This document shows positions 51,948 through 62,000 of a DNA stretch of 62,000 nt, piece by piece. The notes beneath the pieces are model-generated. The model searched no databases. It worked only from the letters and a program-made list of their open reading frames with translations, and had not been told where the DNA came from. The stretch comes from Octopus vulgaris (taxonomy: Eukaryota). The position numbers and the translations under genes were made by a program. The stretch lies in assembly GCA_951406725.2 (NCBI GenBank), contig OX597821.1, positions 102,258,001-102,320,000 of the forward strand. The letters are read 5' to 3'. Within the stretch, counting starts at the first letter, position 1. Each line of letters starts with the position of its first letter.

Positions 51948-53170
51948 CGTGGTGGTATCTCTGAAATGTTTGGAGAGGGGGGCGGGCAGTCGATTTAATC
52001 GACCCCAGTACGCAACTGGTACTTAATTTATCGACTCCAAAAGGATGAAAGGCAAAGTCGACCTTGGTGGAATTTGAAATCAGAACGTAAAGACAGACGA
52101 AATACTGCTAAGTATTTCACCTGGTGTGCTAACATTTCTGCCAGCTCACTGCCTTTGAGAGACTATATAGTGACAACATACTGTGCCAATGTATTGTATT
52201 TTGTATAACAGAGTGTTTGTGTGTGTGTGTGTGTGTGTATGTGCACAGGGGGTATAATGCATGTATGTGTACTTGGTAGAAACTATGTGTACGTGTGCTG
52301 TAGTATATAGGTTGAAAGATGTGATAGTGATTGTACAAGACAGCATTATGTGTGGTATGTAGCCATTCTCCTATAGGTGTGTGTGTTTGTGTGAATAGGT
52401 ATAGGATGTAGCTATTCTTCTATGTATGTGTTTGTGTGGGTGTGGGTCAATGATATACCTCCTCCTCCTCACTTCTCCTTCTTCTTCTTCTTCTTCTTCT
52501 TCTTCTTCTTCTTCTTCTTCTTCTTCTTCCTCTTTCTTTGTGTATGTGTGTGTGTGTGTTTGTGTCTATCTTTCTTATTTCTTCTCCACCTCTTTCTTCT
52601 TCTTCTTCTTCTTCTCCCCTCCTTCCCCCCTCCTCTTTTGTACATATGTGTGTGTCTGCACATGAGTGCATGCATGCGTATGTGCATACGCTATACTTTC
52701 TTTTCCTCCCTCCTCCACCATCTCCTTTGTGCACGAAGTCTGTGCATGTATATGCATGCATTTTGCATGTGTGTACATGTATTTGGGTGTGCATGCATAC
52801 ATGCATACAGTACGTCTATATCATTGAGCATGGGGGTTGACTTGCATCATTAGATATTGTCTGGTGTTGCTAACAAGAGATGTTAGATACGATAAATATT
52901 AATTGAAGGCCGTCATTGCTTTAGTTCTTGGTTTCTAGGTGATTAATGCAGGATTAGAATTGTCTTTAAAAAATATGAATATAACAGGTGCTTGATCTTG
53001 TGTGTTTGCATTGAATAAATAGTGCATGTCTGGTCTTGTATATGTATATAAAAGGGTAAGGATCCCCTTCGGTAATGAATAACCACGGGATTACAGCTAG
53101 GAAGTTCCCCTCCAAGGCAAAAGTCCAGGCAAGGTTGTTTATGGAAGACCAGCAGTCACCCATATATATA

Positions 53171-53400
53171 TTTCTTTACTACCCACAAGGGGCTAAACAC
53201 AGAGAGGACAAACAAGGACAGACAAAGGGATTAAGTCGATTACATCGACCCCAGTGCGCAACTGGTACTTAATTTATCGACCCCGAAAGGATGAAAGGCA
53301 AAGTCGACCTCGGCGGAATTTGAACTCAGAACGTAACGGCAGACGAAATACGGCCATGCATTTCGCCCGGCGTGCTAACGTTTCTGCCAGCTCGCCGCCT
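53171..53400 (-). mobile_element. SINE family B, full length, close to consensus (other copies 49500-49731, 51965-52155, 57355-57560, 60352-60583)
   Basis: Head ggcggcgagctggcagaaacgttagcacgccgggcgaaatg with many CpGs retained. Confidence 0.9.
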
Positions 53401-54020
53401 TCATATATATACAAGTCTCACCTCTCCATGATGCAAAGGGGCCGATGCAAAGGGGCTGATACAGCTTGGCACCAGTGATGTTGCATCTCGTTTCTACAGC
53501 AGAGTGAACTGGAACAACGTGAAATAAAGTGTCTTGCTCAAGGATACATCACAAACACACACACACACACACACAAGCCAAAACAGATTATGGAACTTAG
53601 TATGGCCTCTGAACATTCCAGTTCCTGAAAAACTGTCCAAACCATACCAACATGGAAAATGGATGTTACATGATGATGATGATGATGATGATGATGACAA
53701 CGACGACGAAGACAATGATGACGAGGATGATGATGATAATGATGATAAGAATAATAATAATAATAATATATATATATATAAACTAGCAGCTAAGCCTGGT
53801 TTCACCTGGTCAGTTTGGATGATGTGGTTGTAAAACCTGCTCTGTGTAAGCATTCGACTTGTTTGGGCATGCTTACGTTAAAAAACAATTTTAGAATGAC
53901 TTTTTTCTGTCAAAATGCTAAAAATAACTGACCAACAAAAAAAAAACAACTAAGATTCAACCAAATCAAAAAATAAACCCAAATACTAAGTGAACAAAGA
54001 TGAACCATCCCACTTCCATT

Positions 54021-54052
<32 letters not shown>

Positions 54053-54483
54053 TCACATACCTCCCCTTTTACATACACACACATATTCACACAGAGTTGA
54101 AATGCTGTTTGATTTATTTTTTCAGTGTACATTACCAAGTATGACATCACCCCTTCCTTCCTTATTCATCTATCAACCCTTCCTTTCTCATTCATAAACA
54201 CAAGAGTATTATTATAGTAGATTATCTCAGTAAGCATGGGAGCTATGAAAAAAATACAAAGTCCAGCATCACTACTGGATCATTCCAGTGTAATTTTCGT
54301 GCAATTCCACCCAGCCATTTGACTGTGAATCCCAAGACAAGACTCGCCCATGTCAAATTTATATGTATAGATTATGAGTTAGAGGTTAACAGTAAATGTT
54401 ATTTTAAATATAATTAATCTATGACCATTTAATACCAATGATCAACTTCTAATTGTTAATTGTTGCTCCATTTCTTTTGGTTT

Positions 54484-54537
<54 letters not shown>

Positions 54538-54605
54538 GATAGATAGATAGATAGATAGATATAGATGATAGATAGATAGGTAGGTAGGTAGATAGATAGA
54601 TAGAT

Positions 54606-54656
<51 letters not shown>

Positions 54657-54774
54657 TGTACATATACACATGCATATATAACAAAAATATGTATAAGCAT
54701 GGCCTTTATGGACATGAAACCCAGGGTGATTCCATAAACTGGCTTTATCTAACTTTATACATACATACATACAT

Positions 54775-54865
<91 letters not shown>

Positions 54866-54939
54866 TATACATATATATACACACACACATACAAATATAT
54901 ATGCATATACACACACACACACACATATATATATAAAAG

Positions 54940-55232
54940 GTAAGGGGAAGGGTAAAGACCACCTTTGGTCATGAAAGGTTGTTTATGGAAGACCAGCAAT
55001 CGCCAATGCATACCAGCCTCCCCTCTCAATGCCACTGATGTTATCCAAGGGAAAGGCAAAGTTTGACACAGCTTGGCATCAGGGATGCTGCAACTCATTT
55101 CTACTGCTTAGTGAACTGGAACAATGTGAAATAAAGTGTCTTGCTCAAGAACACTACACACAGACTGGTCTGGGAATCGAACTCACAACATCATGGTTGT
55201 AAGCCCAATGCTCTAACCACTGAGCCGTGCCA
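54940..55232 (-). mobile_element. SINE family E (tRNA head with gagcaagacactttatttcac core; partial copy 53405-53560)
   Basis: ggcacggctcagtggttagagc..gtgagttcgattccc head. Confidence 0.75.
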
Positions 55233-55929
55233 TTCACATATGTGCATATGTACATGTAGGTATGATTGCGCATTTGTGTTTGTGTGTGCAGACCCTGTTC
55301 CATCTCCTGTCAGTATTTGTGAGTAAGTGTATGATATAACGTTTGTGAATTTGTGTGTGTGTGTGTGTGTGAATATAGTATTATAGGTGTGTGTATGTGT
55401 GTGCATATTGTGTGTGTGTGTGTGAACATGCAATGTGTGCATGTTTTTGCAATATAATTTGTCTCTGCACACGCAGACAATGGCTATAGTTATTCTATGT
55501 GTTTGCAAGTATATGAACGTAATTTGTATGTGTATGTCTGTGTGTGTACAATGTGTGTGTATGTTGTATGCATGTGTGTTGTGTATGTTATGTGTGTATA
55601 TTTTTCATATGTGCCTATATGTTGCATGTGTGTGTAAGTGTTTGTGTGTGTGTGTGTGTGTGTGAGTAGCATGTGTAAGTGTGTTGTGTATATGTACTTC
55701 TGTGCAGTATATATGTATACATATGTGTGTGTACCTTGTGTATGCAAATTCATCTATATTTGCATGTGTGTGTGTATGTGTGATGTGTATGTATTGCACA
55801 TGTCTTTGATGTGTATGTGTGTGTGTTGTGCATGGGTGTGTGTGTGTATATATATATATGTGTGTGTGTAAGTGTGCATGAATTTATGCATCTTTTTGCC
55901 CCATAACTTTCATTTTGTTTCATTGTCAG

Positions 55930-56134
55930 GACAAGTCAAGTTGCATTGCACCACTGTCTGTGGCACCTTTGATTCAAGAGGATGATGAAGTGATGCATGT
56001 CAACATAGGTTCAGCCCTAGCTACAGCTCATATGGCCAGTCTGCTCTGCTCCATCAAATGTCGTATTTGGGGCCTGGTGGACCCAAACCATCTTAAATCT
56101 GCTCAGAAAAATCTAGAATTTCTGGACATCAAAA
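55930..56134 (+). CDS. NSUN7: NSUN7 coding exon (degenerate motif I region)
   Basis: DKSSCIAPLSVAPLIQEDDEVMHVNIGSALATAHMASL matches DKSRSLAVHSV..DDDVLMVNTGSWYTVSHMSIL. Phase 0 in, phase 1 out. Confidence 0.95.
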
Positions 56135-57037
56135 GTATCCATTTGAAAAAAAAAATCTCTTTATGTTGATTACTAAAAACAAACAAACCAAACTAATGAA
56201 AAATATTAATCATTGAATACTAATTGCATTTAATGTTTTTGTTTAAATTTTAATTACCAAAAATGTTTTCAGTTTTCACTAATTACTTTGTAAGTTATTA
56301 ATAATTATGAGACATTTTAAAATATATAATATCTTGGATTGCTAATTTTCCATTCAGATCACACTCTTGGCATGTATGTTGATGGAGCTCTTTCAATTAA
56401 TGTTGAATCGATTCTAACACACCCAACAATTAGGGTTTTGTCTTGCACTCTCCTAATGACTTACCCCCACATCCTACAATGCCTATTCTTATGCAGATGA
56501 CACTATTCTTCATTCCTTCCTGACATTCCCCAAACATTCTTCAGCCACTCACAGTTTTGCCACCACACCTCTATCCTTCACAGATTCCATGAACAAAGAC
56601 CTATAAATAATCCACCAATGGAGATATGCAATATATAATATATATGTGTGTGTGTGTGTGTCTGTGTGTGTGTGTGTGTGTGTATATACTTATATCACGT
56701 GATCACGTGATTGACCAGACCATCAGATGTTTTACACATCACTGGTCACAATGCGTTCGCATTGTTTTAGCCTTCGAATGATGCCACCCCGCTGGCTAAG
56801 CGAGCAGGCCAACAGAAGAGTGAGAGAAAGAGTGGTGAAAGAGTACAGCAGGGATCGCCATCACCCCCTGCCGGAGCATCGTGGAGCTTTAGGTGTTTTC
56901 GCTCAATAAACACTCACAACGCCCGGTCTGGGAATCGAAACCGCGATCCTACGACCGCGAGTCCACTGCCCTAACCACTAGGCCATTGCGCCTTCACATA
57001 TACTTATATATATTCTGAAACCTTAACCTTTCTACAG

Positions 57038-57181
57038 ATGTAAAACTCTTGACAGAATCATTCTTAGATTTGTCTCCAGATGATCAGAAGTTTAAAGCTG
57101 TTAGAATAATCTTGTTGACAGCCAAGTGTAGTAAGTCTGCTTTAAACAGCCCAGTTGATTTTGTGATTAATGAAGGAGAAG
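57038..57181 (+). CDS. NSUN7: NSUN7 coding exon (motif IV region)
   Basis: NVKLLTESFLDLSPDDQKFKAVRIILLTAKCSKSALNSPVDFVINEGE matches KVKVILLLPRCSGLGVSNPVEFILNEHE. Donor GTGAGT. Confidence 0.95.
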
Positions 57182-57233
57182 GTGAGTTTATTATTATTAT
57201 TATTATTATTATCATTTATTATCATCATTATTA

Positions 57234-57266
<33 letters not shown>

Positions 57267-57556
57267 TTGTTGTTGGTCTTGTTGTTATTGTCGTTGTCAT
57301 CGTCGTCATCATCGCCGTCGTCATCGTTGTCATCGTCATCATCATCATCATTACTATAGCAGAGTCATTAGCACACAGGATGAAATGTTTTGCGGTATTT
57401 CACCCGTTGTTAATTTCTGAGTTCAAATTCCGTTGAGGTCAACTTTGCCTTTCATCCTTACATGGTTGATAAAATAAGTACCCGTTGAACACTGGGGTCG
57501 ATGTAATCGACTCATCTCCTTCTCCAAAACTGCTGCCCTTGTGGTAAAATTTGAAA

Positions 57557-57605
<49 letters not shown>

Positions 57606-57865
57606 TGGACTGGCATAATCAGTACAATGTTAGACAGTGTGTACAAAATGTGAAAAGGCAGAAGAAAATTAAGACATTTTGTTCAACACTTTAAACAATT
57701 GCTGTATTTCTTCCAGGTCTTTATATTCTGTGTTCAAACCCCATTGCATTTAACTCTGCTTTATATTTCAGTGGGCTCGAAAAAATGAAGTACAAATACT
57801 GCATTTGGTGACGTCTTATTCTCACCCACTTCAGGCTAGTAGTATTTCTTCTTTCTCTTCTTCAG

Positions 57866-57967
57866 ATATCAGTGTCCTGAAAACCTTATCACGTGGTGGT
57901 GTCAGCAGGGAACAGCTGGAAGGTCTGTGTAAAGAGGAAATGGAATACCTCAAGCATTCGCTTCTCT
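57866..57967 (+). CDS. NSUN7: NSUN7 coding exon
   Basis: DISVLKTLSRGGVSREQLEGLCKEEMEYLKHSLL matches DTEFLKDHSQGGISVDKL..QYEQLTHAMK. Phase 1 in and out. Confidence 0.93.
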
Positions 57968-58619
57968 GTGAGTAGACACGACAATGTTTCTGATCTTGCA
58001 TGATAATCATCAGCCATCATAGAGTCAAAAAAAAAGAACACATATAACACATGCGTGTGCATGCACACACACACACACACACAATAAACCAAGTATTTCA
58101 TGTTGCTTTGATCCACTCAGCTGACAGTAAATGTAGAGCTGCCTTCTTAAGTTATGCTGATTTACAAGGGCCGGCTTCCTGGTTCCCATGGGATATATAT
58201 CCCCACCTGGACGGGATGCCGGTCTGTCACAGTGTTACTCATTTTTGCTATCTGAGTGGACTGGAGCAACATGAAATGAAGTGTTTTGCACAAGGACACA
58301 ATGTGTTGCCCGGTCCAGGAACTGAAACCACAATCTTACGATCATGAGTCCAATACTCTAACCACTAAGCCATGCAACTCCATTGACAGTTGGTTTCAAT
58401 GATAGCTAGTTAGTTAACAACCCTACAGATGATTCTTTTATGACTTCATTGCTTTCAGGCTTAGCTTAAGGTGTTTTCGCGCCTGACATCACAAAATGCG
58501 TCTGAATAAACATTGCCGGACAGCAAATAGAGACTTGAACTTTGCTGAGAAAATAATTTTCATTTTTAACCTCCTATATAGTACGCACTAGGGATTTTGA
58601 CCTTTAAATTTTGGGAAAA

Positions 58620-58650
58620 AAATGCGGATTATACTCGGGGATTTACGGTA
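58620..58650. mobile_element. pogo/Tc2-type MITE right TIR
   Basis: gcggattatactcgggatttacggta followed by TA. Confidence 0.45.
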
Positions 58651-58730
58651 TATATATCTATATATATATATACACATGCCCACATACATACACACCATAT
58701 ATTCCTAATGAAAATTCTTGTATATTTCAG

Positions 58731-58984
58731 TCCCTAACGTGAAAGGTGTGGTCTACTTGACCAGATCTATCCATGACCTAGAAAATGAAGTGGCTGTATC
58801 AAAGACTGTGGAATACGTCAACTCATTTGTCCACTCCAGTCATTCCCTTTACAAAGTGGTTCCTCCTGTTTTACCATTCAACAGAGATGACATTCAAAAT
58901 AAGATTGGCCTTCAAGATAAATACATCAAGTTCAAACCATCAGCTACCATGAATGGTTGCTTCTTAGCAATCATTGCTCGAGGG
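58731..58984 (+). CDS. NSUN7: NSUN7 coding exon (motif VI region)
   Basis: FPNVKGVVYLTRSIHDLENE..YKVVPPVLP..KFKPSATMNGCFLAIIARG matches AVVYCTCSVFPEENE..YRLSPPVLP..EPSEITNGCFLSILTR. Confidence 0.95.
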
Positions 58985-59384
58985 GTGAGTGGATATAGTT
59001 TATAATTTATTTGTTTGTTTGTCATGATGCTCTTAAGAATTCATTAGACATGGTTTTGTGTGTGCGTGCGTGTGTGTTTGCTTGTGCTTGTGTGCTCATT
59101 TGCCTTCAGATTTCATCCTGTGCTATCTAGTAATAGTATTATATGTACTTCCAGTATTATATGTACTATCCATTGGACATTACAAATATGATTTGCAATA
59201 TCCATGGATTTTTAAGGGAATCATTAATACATGAGTTTGTTTCTTGAGACAAAAATTGTATTAGCGTTTTGGTTGTATCAAATGTTTAGTTAAGGGATAT
59301 TTACCAATTTGTAGTATTCAGAAGGTTCTGTGAGGTATATGAGCAATTCCTGTGAATATTTTGACTTATCATACACTCTCTTTA

Positions 59385-59782
59385 CTCTTTTACTTGTTTC
59401 AGTCATTTGACTGTGGCCATGCTAGAGCACCACCTTTATAGTTGAGCATATTGACCTCAGAGCTTATTCTTTGTAAGCCTAGTACTTATTCTATCGGTCT
59501 CTTTTGCCGAATTGCTAAGTTACGGGGGACGTAAACACACCAGCATCGGTTGTCGAGTGATGTCAGGGAGACAAACACAAGCACACAAACACACACACAC
59601 ACACATACACACACATACATATATACGATGGGCTTCTTTCCGTTTCTGTCTACCAAATCCACTCACAAGGCTTTGGTTGGCCCGAGGCTATAGTAGAGAA
59701 TACTTGCCCAAGGTGCCACGCAGTGGGACTGAACCCGGGACCATGTGGTTGGTAAGTAAGCTACTTACCACTCAGCCACTCC
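59385..59782 (-). mobile_element. SINE family A, full length
   Basis: Colinear with other copies. Confidence 0.88.
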
Positions 59783-60651
59783 AGTGCCTACAGATAGATA
59801 TATAGAAATAATACGGGAGGGATGCTAGAGGTGGCATGTTACTTTGCATTTAGATTTGTACTAGGATGGGTGTGTGTGGATAGGAAGAAGAAACAAGAAA
59901 AAAGAAAGAAAGAATATGAGAGAAGGGAAAGATGTTAATGAATTTCTTTGCTTTTATTTTAGTGTATATACCCTGTGAGGGGGGAACACTGAACATCTGA
60001 TTTAACCTCAAACTCAGCAGGGTGCTACATTAATGATTTCACAAGCTATAAGGAGAAGGGAGCCAGTTTTTGTTCAGATGCAGAAAACCTGAACTGATAA
60101 TATCTCAACAAAAATTTACTTCTTATATGTTACAACTTTCATTTCTTCAGAGAAGACTCTTGTGTAAGTGCCTTGTGTAAGTTTCATGTTGGCCCAAGTC
60201 TTGTAAATAAAACTGAGCAGACAGAAACTGAACCAGGTGGGGCATTATGTCCTTGAGCAAGACACTCGCTTTATTTGACCTTGCTCCAGTCTACTTAGCT
60301 GACTGTGACTACCAGCTCTTTCTCTCTCCAGCCACTATGTCCATGATTTTTATTTCTTTACTGCCAACAAGGAGCTACACACAGAGGGGACAAACAAGGA
60401 CAGACAAACGAATTAAGTTGATTACATTGACCCCAGTGCCTAACTGGTACTTATTTAATCGACCCTGAAAGGATGAAAGACAAAGTCAACCTCAGGGGAA
60501 TTTGAACTCGGAACATAGCGACAGACGAAATACCACTAAGCATTTTGCCCGGCATGCTAACGATTCTGCCAGCTCACTGCCTTAATTAACCATGTCCATG
60601 ATTTTGGTTGGGTGAAGAAGTAGGAGGGTCAGGCAGTTATATCTTCTGTCT

Positions 60652-61040
60652 TTTACTTGTTTCAGTCATTAGACTGTGGCTATACTGGGGAACCACCTTG
60701 AAGAATTTTAGTGGAAAAAATTGACCCCAGTACTTATTTCTTTTAAGCCTAGTACTTTTTCTATCAGTCTCTTTTGCTAAACCACTAAGTTACAGAAATT
60801 TAAATTCACCAACACCAGTAGTTAAGTGATGGCGGGGGCAAAATACAGATACACAGACATACACATACACACGTATTTGTATGATGGGCTTCCTTCAGTT
60901 TCTGTCTACCAAATCCCCCCACAAGGCTTTAGTCATCCTTAGGTTATAGTATAAGACACTTACCCAAGGTACCATGCAATGAAACTGAACTCTGAATCAT
61001 ATGGTTGAGACGCAAACTTCTTACCACACAGCCATGCTTG
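60652..61040 (-). mobile_element. SINE family A, diverged full length
   Basis: Tail at 60652, head near 61035. Confidence 0.8.
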
Positions 61041-61046
61041 CACCTA

Positions 61047-61142
<96 letters not shown>

Positions 61143-61144
<2 letters not shown>

Positions 61145-61530
61145 GCGCAGGGGTGGGTATGTGGTAAGTAGCTTGCTTACCAACCACATGGTTCCAGGTT
61201 AATTCCCACTGTGTGGCACCCTGAGCAAGTGTCTTCCACTATAGCCTCAGGCCAACCAAACCCTTGTCAGTGGATTTGGTAGACAGAAACTGAAAGAAGC
61301 CTGTCGTATATATGTATGTATATGTGTGTATATGTTTGTGTGTCTTTGTTTGTACCCCAACATCACTTGACATGGTGGTGTGTTTATGTACCCGTAACTT
61401 AGCGGTTTGGCAAAAGAGACCGATAGAATAAGTACCAGGCTTCCAAAGAATAAGTCCTGGGGTTGATTTGCTTAAATAAAAGGCGCTGCTCCAGCATGGC
61501 CGCAGTCAAATGACTGAAACGAGTAAAAGA
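61143..61530 (+). mobile_element. SINE family A, full length
   Basis: aggcgcagg..gtggtaagtagcttgcttaccaaccac head through gaaacgagtaaaagag tail. Confidence 0.88.
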
Positions 61531-61678
61531 GTATATACAAAGGCATCTAGAGTAATTAGTGAAGGCATAGTACATATATTCACTTATAAATGAAAGCTAT
61601 GATATGCATGCATGTATGTACGAATGGTTGTATGCATTATATAAAAATAATATCAATATTTAAATAATTGTTTTACAG

Positions 61679-62000
61679 GGCGAACAAAACCATTTGGCAA
61701 AAGAATTACCAAACTTGCATTCGAATAGCACCAAATATTCTGTAAGGAAGAAAAGCATGATTAAATCAAACTTCCTGAGTTCTAATCGAAATAATACTGC
61801 AAATAAAACCAAAGAGAAAATTTTGGCAGATCAGAAACTCCTTGAAATCTTGAAACCAATTAAGACAAATACCATCCCTCAAATGGTTCGCGGAATTCAA
61901 ACATTCTCTTCAGAGATTGGTAGATATTCATTGGGCAGTCCCGATATATTTGTGCGACCAAGTCACTTTCACTCTCGTTTGTTGAATTCACAACAAGAAG
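61679..62000 (+). CDS. NSUN7: Probable NSUN7 C-terminal exon, runs off the window
   Basis: Acceptor ttgttttacag, phase 0 as required, 107 codons with no stop (GEQNHLAKELP..RLLNSQQE). Low-conservation basic tail, so support is from phase and open frame rather than homology. Confidence 0.75.

Noticed and set aside
46853-61230. tRNA-like sequences at 47150-47221, 47812-47885, 55160-55232, 56925-56996 and 61143-61215
   Set aside because: They are SINE heads with no complete cloverleaf or terminator, and they continue into shared SINE bodies.

Overview
AT-rich, microsatellite- and SINE-dense eukaryotic nuclear DNA. The repeat families and gene content point to an octopus or other coleoid cephalopod (inference). 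The window holds one intact tRNA-Ala(TGC) gene (816-887, minus) and one well-supported protein gene, an NSUN7 orthologue on the plus strand. NSUN7 has 9 phase-compatible GT-AG coding exons from 38009 to beyond the window end; its 5' end is unresolved. The rest is decayed mobile DNA: Penelope-like elements (PLEs), Gypsy LTR, RTE and CR1/L2 LINE fragments, mariner/maT transposases, hAT, piggyBac, Tc1 and Helentron-like MITEs, and at least five SINE-like families. Most notable observations: (1) this NSUN7 has TRS in place of the catalytic TCS motif and looks like a pseudoenzyme; (2) several minimal type I hammerhead ribozyme motifs with palindromic stem III, mostly antisense inside NSUN7 introns; (3) many long intronic fold-backs near exons that are candidate ADAR substrates; (4) a Naiad-like PLE relic with TGA at a conserved Cys position; (5) a minisatellite apparently derived from a SINE tail; (6) a possible unannotated spliced minus-strand unit at 20-27 kb. 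I found no evidence for a new multi-gene system or a CRISPR array.
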